Shown here: positions 1 through 9,234 of the stretch, one piece after another
Layout of the letters: every line of letters starts with the position of its first letter
Numbering within the stretch: the stretch's first letter is position 1
The notes under the pieces: generated by a model
What the model saw: the letters and a program-made list of their open reading frames with translations, nothing else
Databases searched by the model: none
Told to the model about the DNA's origin: nothing
Translations under genes and position numbers: made by a program
Assembly (NCBI GenBank): GCA_963771045.1
Contig: CAVYRW010000004.1
Coordinates: 128,001-192,000, forward strand
DNA: 64,000 bases
Direction: 5' to 3'
From: Waddliaceae bacterium
GTDB lineage: Bacteria > Chlamydiota > Chlamydiia > Chlamydiales > SLFE01

Positions 1-513
1 GGCTATGCTTTTTGGGAATTCCGCACCGAGAAAGGGCGCATCAGGGTCGAGAAGCTGCTGATGAGAATCCCGATCATTAGCACTCTGATGGTTCAGGCCG
101 CTGTGGCCCGTTTTTCAAGAACTATGGCATCTCTGCAGCAGGGAGGTCTGACGCTTATCGAATCGCTCCGAATGTCCAGGGAGGTGCTAAACAACCGGCT
201 GCTCGAGGGAGAAATGCTCGAGGCGGAAAAAAGCATCATTGACGGAAGTTCTCTTAGCGCCGAGATCAAAAAATCGCGCTACATACCTTCGATGGTTTCC
301 CGAATGCTCGCCATCGGAGAAGATTCCGGAAGCACCGTTGCCATGCTGAGCAGCATAGCCGACATGTACGAGGAGTCGCTGGACAAAACCTTAAACCGCG
401 TCGTCGCGCTCGCCCAGCCGGTCATCCTTATCATTATGGGGGGCATCATCGGCCTCGTCATGATGGCCATACTCCTCCCCCTCTCGGATATCGCCTCATT
501 CACTGCGGGCTGA
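1..513 (+). CDS. gspF: Type II secretion system inner-membrane platform protein F, 3' part (5' end outside window)
   Basis: T2SSF domain motifs ARFSRTMASLQQGG, MLAIGEDSG, then QP and a C-terminal TM ending ILLPL; followed by pseudopilins. Confidence 0.92.
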   Translation, partial: GYAFWEFRTEKGRIRVEKLLMRIPIISTLMVQAAVARFSRTMASLQQGGLTLIESLRMSREVLNNRLLEGEMLEAEKSIIDGSSLSAEIKKSRYIPSMVSRMLAIGEDSGSTVAMLSSIADMYEESLDKTLNRVVALAQPVILIIMGGIIGLVMMAILLPLSDIASFTAG

Positions 514-684
514 TTTAAACCCGTGATTGTGACCTAATCTGAGGCTGGGCACTACAGCTGAAGGTCATTTTTCGATAAATTTCTCCTCCGGCATGTCTCA
601 AGACATGCCTCTCGTCAAGACTTTTGAAATCTAACCTCCATCTGTAGCGCCCAGCCTCAGATTAGGTCACAATCATGAGTTAAA
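514..684. repeat. ~171-bp palindromic MITE/REP-like element
   Basis: ~50-bp imperfect inverted arms (514-565 / 634-684, perfect core TGATTGTGACCTAATCTGAGGCTGGGC) enclosing the hairpin GGCATGTCT-ca-AGACATGCC (590-609). Confidence 0.85.
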
Positions 685-800
685 GAAAATATTTGACAAA
701 TTTCGTTAAATTAAAGTTTGTCTTACATATAAGATATTTAAAAAAAATCCGAGAATAGTGTATTATTAAACTTTATCATTTAATTAAGAGGTATTTCACT

Positions 801-1203
801 ATGAAGAAAGTCGCTAAAAGATTTGTCACCCTCATCGAAATGATGATTGTTATGTTTTTAATTGCTCTTATCATCGGCGTCGTGGCTTATAACTATCAGG
901 GGACCCTTGAAGAAGGAAAAGCCTTCAAAACAAAGACAGGAAAGGAAAAGCTCGAAACAATTCTTAATCTCGTTGTATCAGAAAGGCCTGAAGCCGAAGA
1001 TGATATCGAAATTAGATGGGCCGATTATGTCAAAGTCTTCTCCCCTTGTTCAAAATGCCGACACATTGATGAAAGACGGCTGGGGACAAAAATACGTTGT
1101 GAAATATGAAGACGGGAAGATAAAAGTTTCATCCAGGCGCTACGAAGAATACAAAAAGAAGAATCCTGCAACGATGTTTAGCGATAATTCTGAGCAAGAG
1201 TGA
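801..1203 (+). CDS. T2SS pseudopilin (GspG-like), one apparent frameshift near 1033
   Basis: Prepilin-like N-terminus KRFVTLIEMMIVM; the second frame continues with DGWGQKY, resembling the GspG D-x-WG motif. Confidence 0.8.
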
Positions 1204-1780
1204 TGGTTCGTAAAAAATTCTTTACAATGATGGAAATGCTGATCGTTTTGGCCATCCTGACGCTTGTGGCCGGCGCTGCGGGGTACAACGTTCTGAAAAT
1301 GCGGCAGCAGCAGCAATTCCAAGCCGGGACCGTCTTGGTAGAACAGAAACTTCAGGCGGCGCTCGAAACCATGTTGATTCATCATAACAATGTCCGCGTG
1401 ATCTTTGACACTGAAGGTAATAAGCTGAAAGTTACAGCCGAGACTGAAACTCCCTTGGAAAAGGGGATGGGAAAGCTTCTTATTGCCAATCCGGTCATCG
1501 AAGGTGTGAGACAGGCGGTTTGGGAGCCTTATGGCAGCCAGCGGCCAAGCGGGAAGCCGATTCTGGTTCTTTTCCGCGGCAGCGGCAGCTACTCCAAAGG
1601 GCACTCTATATCTCTTATGGTCGGGACGCCTCTGACAAAAAAACCATCGTGCTGAAAGGGTATCCGCATTCTATTAAAATCACAGATGATGCGATTTATG
1701 AGCCGAAAGAAGAGCTTGCCAGTGAAGAAATGTATCCTAAAGAGGTCCGCCAGCTTTGGAGATCGGAAATCAAGCAGTGA
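1200..1780 (+). CDS. T2SS minor pseudopilin (GspH-like), apparent frameshift near 1600-1640
   Basis: KKFFTMMEMLIVLAIL prepilin motif; continues in ORF 1520-1780 (LYISYGRDASDKKTIVLKGYP). Confidence 0.72.
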
Positions 1781-2227
1781 AGATAAAAAAAAGACATATC
1801 CTTTTACTTGAAGTTCTCATTGCGCTTGTATTGGTCTCCCTATGCGCTTTTCCGCTGCTTGCTCCTCACTTTATGATGATTAACCAGGAAAAACTTCTAC
1901 TCGGGGAAATCGAGGCCGATAGGTTGGCAAATGAGATTTTTGTCAACATCGCGGAAAAAATGTACACCGGAGAAATTTCCTGGGAAGCGCTAGGCAGCCG
2001 GGAATCCAGGAGGGTGGATGGAGCCTTGTTAAATGAAGTCGCCATTCCGCCGCATTGGCCTTATGAGATGACCTATCATTTTGGCGATCCTAAGCTGAAA
2101 CCTGATAAAAAGAATCCCCGGTTAGGCCTTTTTCCACTGTGGATTGAAATGACGCCAAAAAAAGGAAAGGCAATCCGGCTGTTTTATGAAGTCTTTGTAG
2201 AAAAAGGGAAAGCGGAGGCGGCAATGA
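1777..2227 (+). CDS. T2SS minor pseudopilin (GspI-like); as sequenced it reads in frame into the next pseudopilin
   Basis: GTG start overlapping the upstream stop; KRHILLLEVLIAL prepilin-like motif; the 3' end is inferred. Confidence 0.6.
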
Positions 2228-2914
2228 AGAGGGTTAAAAAACACTTTGTCACATTGCTCGAGCTGCTTATTGCTCTTGGTTTGACCGCGGTTTTGCTGGC
2301 GGCTCTTCTCGGATATTATCAGCAGGCTTCCTACGCCCAGCTTGAAGTTCATAAAAAACAGGAGAAGAATTTCGAGCTTCTCTATGCTCAGTATCGCTTG
2401 AACCGCATCATTCCGACAATATTGAATCCCTCTCACAAGGATAATAAAAATCTGGGAATTTTCTTTTACACAAAACCGAGCAGAGACGCCTCAAGAAAAG
2501 TCAGGCAGTCTGATCTTCGATTACGACAACGGCACAGGGGCCGGATCGCTGTTTTCCAATGAAGTGCTGGCAAAGCTTTTTGTTGACAGCGAGGGGCAGC
2601 TCACGCTTTTGACCTGGCCTGTTCCGGCGCGCTTCGAGGATCCCGAACCTCCCATGAGGCAGGAGGTGCTGCTTTCAAATGTCGAAGATGTAAAATTTTG
2701 GTTGTACCGAGCTATTCCCAGGGATAAAAAAGGACTGGAAACCAACCCTGAAGCAAAAACCGGAGAGTATAATCAGTGGTTTTCCGAATGGCCGGTTGAA
2801 GAGAGGGAGCTGCCTGCTCTCCTAAAAATAGTTGTGGTCATAAAAGGCAAAGAAGAGCCTGTCGTATACGCGTTTATGCTGCCCAACGCCTCGGAGCATA
2901 TTTTTTACCCATGA
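2224..2914 (+). CDS. T2SS minor pseudopilin (GspJ-like), apparent frameshift near 2490-2520
   Basis: GGAGG just upstream of ATG 2224; KKHFVTLLELLIAL motif; continues in ORF 2564-2914 ending with GspJ-like LPALLKIVV. Confidence 0.68.
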
Positions 2915-3810
2915 ATGTTTTACCCATAGTCTTTTCTATCCTGATGCTTTTGGCGATTATGACATACAGCCAGCTGCAGACATTTTTGTTTCGAAGCCAA
3001 ATCCGTAAGGAGTATACCTGCTATCTGGAGAACCGCTCCCGAAATTCTGTCAATTCCCTTCAGGAAAATCTGTACGACTCCCTCAATGTAAAAGGAAAAA
3101 GCAATAAGAATCCCTCAGATCATGCAACAGCTTTAAGTTTCATCAGCATCCACTGGTTTTTGGATGAGCCGCGCAGCGATCAGCATTGGAGCTATCTTCA
3201 GGCAAACAACGAAATCGTCAGAAGGCTTTTCGACATCATCTATGGAGATCGGAAATTTTATCGGGAAGCCGAAGAGAAAAGACCAGATATCGTCAATGAA
3301 GTCTGGCAGGCGGTGATTGAAGAACTCAAGGAAAAAAAAGCGCATAATGAGACCCTTGGAAAAATTCAACATATTGCCAATCTCCAACTTCAGGATCCTG
3401 TGCTGGCGCAATTTTGGGCTCAGCTTTTGAAGTATGATGAAACACCGGAAAGCATTGAAGCGGAATGCGGATCCAAAGAGGTAAAGGATGTCCAGAAGAC
3501 GGTATCCTACTATCCCAACCTGCTCGATTTTTTAACAAATAAAAAGATCACATCCCAATCCTACCGTGTATGGCTTCTTAAAAAACCGCTCCTTATGGCG
3601 ATTTTTCAGGATGAAGGCGTTGCCAATGACATCATCAGGGATAGGCGGGTGTTTTATAATGAACTTGACAAAGCCGAGAAGAACCACAGAGGGGAGCGTA
3701 AACAGGATTTGGAGATAAAATTCGAAAACTTGTTTAAGAACAAAATTCCCTCCGATATACCTCAAGGCATGGTGAATTTTCAGGTTTCTTTGTCTCGTCC
3801 CCCGAAATGA
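2911..3810 (+). CDS. Hypothetical protein at the end of the T2SS cluster (GspK-like position), N-terminal TM
   Basis: 299-aa ORF coupled by ATGA overlap; hydrophobic N-terminus. Confidence 0.65.
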   Translation: MNVLPIVFSILMLLAIMTYSQLQTFLFRSQIRKEYTCYLENRSRNSVNSLQENLYDSLNVKGKSNKNPSDHATALSFISIHWFLDEPRSDQHWSYLQANNEIVRRLFDIIYGDRKFYREAEEKRPDIVNEVWQAVIEELKEKKAHNETLGKIQHIANLQLQDPVLAQFWAQLLKYDETPESIEAECGSKEVKDVQKTVSYYPNLLDFLTNKKITSQSYRVWLLKKPLLMAIFQDEGVANDIIRDRRVFYNELDKAEKNHRGERKQDLEIKFENLFKNKIPSDIPQGMVNFQVSLSRPPK

Positions 3811-3839
3811 ACGGGGAGATTTCTTTTCTCCCCGTTTTT
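3810..3839. terminator. Intrinsic terminator between convergent genes
   Basis: AACGGGGAGA-tttctt-TTCTCCCCGTT hairpin followed by a T-run. Confidence 0.8.
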
Positions 3840-3849
3840 GTCGTTAAAC

Positions 3850-5307
3850 CTAATCAATCTCGATCTCAGCTGAGAGGATCATCTCATTGCTGACTATCCA
3901 TCCCTTCTTATGGTCGAGCAGATCGTCAATACGGATCAACTTCTTGCCGATTTTAAGTTTCGAATCCTCTTCTGCCAAATTGTCCGGACATTCCCCGTCT
4001 TGAATTTTGGTTGTGATACATTTGTTAATATGTTTTTCTCTATCAAATTGATTGACCAAGCTCAATTTTAGGGCAACACAAAAGTCTTCCTGATTACCGT
4101 CTTCAGTTGTTAAAAGGTCGTTGCTCTCAAGGAAAAATTGCAGGTAGTTGTCGGATGTAACCGAACACGTTAAAATGTATTCATGCTTATATAAACATTT
4201 ACGTTCAAATCCCGTAGTTTTCTTGACTTTTCCCTCTTTCATATTTTCGATTAAGTAGTTCATGTCGTCAAGTCTCCAGAAAGTCTTGACCCTGTTGCCG
4301 TCAAATTCCGACTTCTCATTGTAATTATTCGGCTTCCAATCGGTTGGAAAATAAGACGACTCGACAAACGCCCTTTTGCAATGATCTTTTTCATAGAGAT
4401 CGCATTTCGTTTTATATTGTTTATATGATGGACTGCTTGCAAGTTTTTCGGTGAAAGTCTTAGCAAAGTTTTGTAATTCTTTATTGGACAAAAGATTAAT
4501 TCCTATAACATCCAGCATGTGCATTGGGTGTATCGAAGAGAAGTCGATCGTGTCGATGAGCCGCCGTCCATTCTCTGAAGTCAGTGAGCGGAGAAATTCT
4601 CCTAGCAATTTATCATCAGGACAATTTGTCTTTCCCCATATTAGTATCAAATTAAGCAGCTCATATTCCGTTTTAACATTGATAGAAGAATTTTCCAGAA
4701 GCTCAAAAAGATGATCGAGTGAAATGTGGGGGAATAGAGGTGATTTCTTCAGGCTTTGAGCATTGTTTAATAAAAAGTTGAGTACATATTTATTTAAGAA
4801 CGGAATGCCCTTCTTCCACAACTTTAAACAAATATCGATATGGCCTGCTGATTCGATAAAGTTGACACATTCATACAAAACATCTTCGACTTTCCACTTA
4901 TGAGCGACTCGGGCAATCGCCTCAATGTTTTGATCCGTCAATTCAATTTTGCCGGAATATAAATATTCGATAATCGGCCTCGCACCTTCGACAGGCTGAT
5001 TGACTGTTGCCGCATTGTCCAGAAGGCCGCCCCCTCCAAGTACGGAAACTTTGTCTGCAATTTCCTCATGGCATCGGATAAATTTCCCATTGTTTAAATA
5101 GATCGTGAAATCAGCTCTCTTTTCCGTCCATTCCTCTGGCAGATCAAGGCGGACCTCTTCAGGTGTATAGCGCTTTATCCTTTTGTTGTTGACACCCTCC
5201 GGCTGTTTCTGCTTTATGATTTCTCGCTTTTTAAACTGATTGATTTTGTCGGGCTCTTGTTGCTTTTCTTTATATTTCTCGCTAAATAACCAACTAATCG
5301 GATTCAT
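3850..5307 (-). CDS. Eukaryotic-like BTB/POZ-BACK-MATH domain protein, putative effector
   Basis: BTB (ADFTIYL..CH; IIEYLYSGKIEL; AHKWKVEDVLYECVNFI), BACK (LLENSSINVKTEYELLNLILIW), MATH-like end (LLDHKKGWIVSNEMILSAEIEI); GGAGG RBS. Confidence 0.8.
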   Translation of the reverse strand: MNPISWLFSEKYKEKQQEPDKINQFKKREIIKQKQPEGVNNKRIKRYTPEEVRLDLPEEWTEKRADFTIYLNNGKFIRCHEEIADKVSVLGGGGLLDNAATVNQPVEGARPIIEYLYSGKIELTDQNIEAIARVAHKWKVEDVLYECVNFIESAGHIDICLKLWKKGIPFLNKYVLNFLLNNAQSLKKSPLFPHISLDHLFELLENSSINVKTEYELLNLILIWGKTNCPDDKLLGEFLRSLTSENGRRLIDTIDFSSIHPMHMLDVIGINLLSNKELQNFAKTFTEKLASSPSYKQYKTKCDLYEKDHCKRAFVESSYFPTDWKPNNYNEKSEFDGNRVKTFWRLDDMNYLIENMKEGKVKKTTGFERKCLYKHEYILTCSVTSDNYLQFFLESNDLLTTEDGNQEDFCVALKLSLVNQFDREKHINKCITTKIQDGECPDNLAEEDSKLKIGKKLIRIDDLLDHKKGWIVSNEMILSAEIEID

Positions 5308-5466
5308 GATAACCTCCTGTTAAAATCTTTGGAGATTATCAAATTACATATTTAAAGTTATAGGAAAAAAAGTGAGAATTTGAACTAAAAACTTTTGGGA
5401 CTGGTTAAAGAATTATTTTTTCCTCTCTGCGCTCCTTAGGGAAAATTGCTTTAGCTCAGGCCATTG

Positions 5467-6264
5467 TCAATGTTTTTTTCCGGAGTTTGAATTTTTTTGG
5501 ATAGTCTTATCATCTTCGATCTGCTTGGAATAAGAAGCGGTTATTTTGTCAAAGATTTTGCTGCGAATACGATGCAGCACTTTAAGCTGGTAGTTTAAAA
5601 TTTCGCATAAATTCTTTTGCTTGTTTTTTTCAGCCGATTGAATTTTTTCATCAAGCAACTTTGTGTTTAATTTATCTTCTAGGAGTTGAACGGATTTCTT
5701 AATCTGTTGAGCCTCTATATAAGAAAAACAAACTTTTTTATATAATTTATATTGAGTTATCAGATATCGAATTCTACCTATATATTCATTGGCATTTGCT
5801 ACACATTTCTTCTCAAGACAGATTTTGGCAGCCTGTTTGTATAGCGGGTCACTGAGCTTAGAGGAGCGGATTTGTTCTATAATTCCCACTGCTTTTTTAA
5901 CGTTTGCCTTCTTAAAATAATGTTTGGCAACTTGCGCGTACAGAGGATCGCGCCGGTCGGGTGATGGGATTTTTCCTATGATAGCAATAGCCTTGAGAAT
6001 TTTCCCTTTTTTAAAATATTCTATAACTTGTTCATTTAACGAAAGATTTGCTTTTACTGACGCGATGCCTCTTGTGTTGAGTTCCGGCATACAATGAGTA
6101 ATTCGAACACTTCCTTTGACAGTATATGTTTTGCTATTTCTTAAAGGCGACTGGTATTGGCATCCCGGTTTAAGCTGAATGCTTTTGGCTTCAGGAAATT
6201 TTTTTTGCAATATATTTCTTGTCTGATTGACTAATGGATCCTGATGAAAAAGTGTTGTACCCAT
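5467..6264 (-). CDS. Hypothetical protein with ~33-aa helical (TPR-like) repeats
   Basis: Repeated units KAIAIIGKI..DPLYAQVAK / KAVGIIEQI..DPLYKQAAK; likely start MGTTLF at 6264. Confidence 0.6.
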   Translation of the reverse strand: MGTTLFHQDPLVNQTRNILQKKFPEAKSIQLKPGCQYQSPLRNSKTYTVKGSVRITHCMPELNTRGIASVKANLSLNEQVIEYFKKGKILKAIAIIGKIPSPDRRDPLYAQVAKHYFKKANVKKAVGIIEQIRSSKLSDPLYKQAAKICLEKKCVANANEYIGRIRYLITQYKLYKKVCFSYIEAQQIKKSVQLLEDKLNTKLLDEKIQSAEKNKQKNLCEILNYQLKVLHRIRSKIFDKITASYSKQIEDDKTIQKNSNSGKKH

Positions 6265-6320
6265 AATTTCCTTAAAGTAAATTTTTTTCGTGTTATGATA
6301 CTCAATATAATAAATTTTTA

Positions 6321-7322
6321 TCAAGAACAGATTAACTGGGCGCATCTTTTCGCGGCATAGGTGAGGATGAAGTCCGCTCCGGCTCTTTTTATTGAAAGCA
6401 GGTGTTCCATTAAAACTTTGTCTGCATCAAGCCACCCCTTCTCCGCGGCTGCCAGAACCATCGCGTACTCCCCGCTTACATGGTAGGCGGCGACGGGCAG
6501 GTTTGTCCTTTCTCTTACTTTTGCGATGACGTCCAGGTAGCTAAGCGCCGGTTTGATCAGAAGAAAATCGGCGCCTTCTTCCTCATCCAGGGCGCTCTCT
6601 ATGAGAGCTTCTCTGATATTTGCGGGATTCATCTGGTAGGTTTTTTTGTCTCCAAATTTCAGGCTTGAACCCAGAGCGTCTCGGAAAGGGCCGTAGAGCG
6701 ATGAAGCATATTTTGCCGCGTAGGACAAAATGCCAACGTGTGTCAATCCCTCTGCATCCAGACGTTTTCGGATATGGCCCACCCTTCCGTCCATCATATC
6801 GCTCGGCGCGATCACATCGGCGCCGGACTCTGCGGCAAGAACAGACATGTCCGCAAGGACCTGAAGGGTCCGGTCATTGTCAATTTCTCCTTGTTCGGTC
6901 GCAAGGCCGTCGTGGCCGTGATCCGTATAGGGATCGAGGGCAATATCGGCCATCAGGCACATTTCGGGAATTTCGCTTTTCAGCCTCTTTAAGGATTGCT
7001 CCAAAAGATTGCCGGGCCGCACAGCCTCGGAGCCGGCAGCATCTTTTCTTTCGTAAGGGATAACGGGGAAAAGGTCGACCGCCCGAATTCCCAGCCTGTA
7101 AAGTTCGATGGCCTCTTTCACTAGTCCGTCCGGAGAATAGCGAAAAACTCCCGGAAGAGAAGCAATCGGCTCTTTATTATTGGAAATTTCAGCAACAAAA
7201 AGCGGAGCGGCAAGATTTGCCGGAATCAATGCCGTTTCCTGAGTAAGGGATCTGATCGCTGGAGATCTGCGGCCTCGCCTTGGGCGGCGTATGAGAAACT
7301 CGGGAGCTGATGTTTTAATCAT
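6321..7322 (-). CDS. hemB: Porphobilinogen synthase (ALA dehydratase)
   Basis: RPRRGR N-terminus, ALDPYTDHGHDG, APSDMMDGRV, YGPFRDA, IKPALSYLD, SGEYAM. Confidence 0.98.
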   Translation of the reverse strand: MIKTSAPEFLIRRPRRGRRSPAIRSLTQETALIPANLAAPLFVAEISNNKEPIASLPGVFRYSPDGLVKEAIELYRLGIRAVDLFPVIPYERKDAAGSEAVRPGNLLEQSLKRLKSEIPEMCLMADIALDPYTDHGHDGLATEQGEIDNDRTLQVLADMSVLAAESGADVIAPSDMMDGRVGHIRKRLDAEGLTHVGILSYAAKYASSLYGPFRDALGSSLKFGDKKTYQMNPANIREALIESALDEEEGADFLLIKPALSYLDVIAKVRERTNLPVAAYHVSGEYAMVLAAAEKGWLDADKVLMEHLLSIKRAGADFILTYAAKRCAQLICS

Positions 7323-7343
7323 GGTTTGCTATACTCCAAGTTG

Positions 7344-8087
7344 ATGATAAGTATTACTATACTAACGAAAAACAGTGAAAAGCATCTAGAAAAAGTTTTA
7401 GATGCGCTTGCCGATTTCGACGAAGTGCTGATCTACGATACCGGCTCGGGAGATAAAACACTGGAAATCGTCTCGAGGTATTCCAATACTCGAGTATTTG
7501 AAGGTCCGTTTGAAGGTTTTGGAGCCGCTCATAATCAAGCTTCGCAAATGGCCAGTCACGACTGGATTTTGTCGATCGACAGCGACGAGGTTCTCACTCC
7601 CGAATTAAAAGAAGAGATCTTCAATCTGCAACTGGATCCTTTAGCCGTCTATTCATTTCCTCGCAAGAATTACTACAACGGGAAGTGGATCAAATGGTGC
7701 GGCTGGCATCCGGACCGCGTCGTTCGTTTATACAACAAAAAGAAGACAAGGTTTACCTCTTCCAATGTTCATGAAAGGGTGGTTGCCGACGGGTTCAAGC
7801 ATTGCCGGCTGAAGGAAGCTGTGAAGCATTACCCCTACGGCGGCACGGCGGATTTTCTCTCAAAAATGCAGCATTATTCGGAATTGTTCGCCCGCCAAAA
7901 TGCCGGGAAAAAAAAGTCGTCGTTTTTTAAGGCTCTCTTCCGCTGCTGGTTTGCCTTCTTTAAAAGTTTTTTTCTCAAGCGGGGATTTCTTGGCGGAAAG
8001 GAGGGTTTCATCATTTCCCTCTATAACGCCAATACCGCGTTTTACAAGTATGTAAAACTTAGTGAAGCGAATCAACGAGAATCTTGA
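7344..8087 (+). CDS. Glycosyltransferase family 2 (KdtX/WaaE-like)
   Basis: ILTKNSE, DTGSGDKT, WILSIDSDE, VHE and GFL motifs. Confidence 0.88.
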   Translation: MISITILTKNSEKHLEKVLDALADFDEVLIYDTGSGDKTLEIVSRYSNTRVFEGPFEGFGAAHNQASQMASHDWILSIDSDEVLTPELKEEIFNLQLDPLAVYSFPRKNYYNGKWIKWCGWHPDRVVRLYNKKKTRFTSSNVHERVVADGFKHCRLKEAVKHYPYGGTADFLSKMQHYSELFARQNAGKKKSSFFKALFRCWFAFFKSFFLKRGFLGGKEGFIISLYNANTAFYKYVKLSEANQRES

Positions 8088-9102
8088 GTATTTTCCTATG
8101 TCCCGATGAAAAAGGAAGGCGTTGGATCTCTGTTTGGGAAACCCAAAAATAATCTGTGCATTCGGGAGTTTCAGTGACCCGGTAAACAAGCGGGGTCAAT
8201 TCGGCTCGAAATCTGGTAAAAGAATGTTTGACTTTCGGAAGTTTTTGTTTGAACCGAGGCACAAGGCGCCATCGTTTTTTTATGCACCTCAATGCTTCTT
8301 TGGGTTCAAGCCCTTTTTCTTCGGTTTCAATGTAGGGAAATTCATGCAGGTCCTGCATAACCTTTCCTTCGGCGCCTTTTGTTATGAGTATCTTGTCCTT
8401 TGACTGAAGAATGAAGACGGTACGGTTTAACTTTTCATATTTGATTTTTGCCGCTTTCACGGGAAATTCTTTTTCTCTCCCCAGTTTATAAGCCTGGCAG
8501 CCGCTCTGTAGAGGGCACCCTTCGCATTCGGGCTTTTTTCGGCAGACAGTGGCCCCCAGTTCAATGAGCGCTTCCATGGCTTCCCAAGGCTTGTCTTCGG
8601 GAAGGAGGCTTAAGACATGATTTTTTATGGCGGCATAAGTCTTTGGTTTGTCGATATCTTCCTCGATAGCAAAAAGACGCGCGATCACCCGTTTGACATT
8701 GCCGTCGACAGCAGCCTCCTTTTGTTTGAATGCAAAGCTTAAAATCGCTCCGGCTGTATAATCTCCGATCCCTTTAATTTTAAGAAGGGCGTCCTTTTTT
8801 TTCGGAAGCTCGCCGCTGTGCTGCCGGAGAATCATTTTGGCACCGGCATGAAGATTTCTGGCTCTTGAATAATACCCTAAACCCTCCCACGTTTTAATTA
8901 CCGCATCCATCGGAGCTTCAGCTAAATCTTTGACTGTTGGATAAACAGCCATCCATTTTTCAAAGTAAGGAATGACGACCGGCGCGAGAGTTTGCTGGAG
9001 CATCACTTCAGAGATCCAGACGCGGTAGGGAGTCGGAGAAACTCTCCAGGGGAGGGCTCGTTTATTTCTTTCAAACCATTTTTTTAATTTCTCGATTTCC
9101 AT
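8059..9102 (-). CDS. mutY: A/G-specific adenine glycosylase
   Basis: PYRVWISEVMLQQT, WEGLGYYSRARNLH, HhH motif GIGDYTAGAI, Cys cluster CRKKPECEGCPLQSGC. Confidence 0.97.
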   Translation of the reverse strand: MEIEKLKKWFERNKRALPWRVSPTPYRVWISEVMLQQTLAPVVIPYFEKWMAVYPTVKDLAEAPMDAVIKTWEGLGYYSRARNLHAGAKMILRQHSGELPKKKDALLKIKGIGDYTAGAILSFAFKQKEAAVDGNVKRVIARLFAIEEDIDKPKTYAAIKNHVLSLLPEDKPWEAMEALIELGATVCRKKPECEGCPLQSGCQAYKLGREKEFPVKAAKIKYEKLNRTVFILQSKDKILITKGAEGKVMQDLHEFPYIETEEKGLEPKEALRCIKKRWRLVPRFKQKLPKVKHSFTRFRAELTPLVYRVTETPECTDYFWVSQTEIQRLPFSSGHRKILKILVDSLH

Positions 9103-9234
9103 AAGGACAAATGTTAACAATCCAAGAACTTTTTTTTCTAAACATATTTCTGTTTGAATTTTAAGAGTATAAACGATACTCTCGTTAGGTAGTATTTCAG
9201 TAAGTATTCCAAAAATTATTGCGAGGTTGTGTGA

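Noticed and set aside
5420..5436. TCCTCTCTGCGCTCC, resembling one unit of the GxxExxY-type repeat
   Set aside because: A single short unit with no inverted partner; could be chance.
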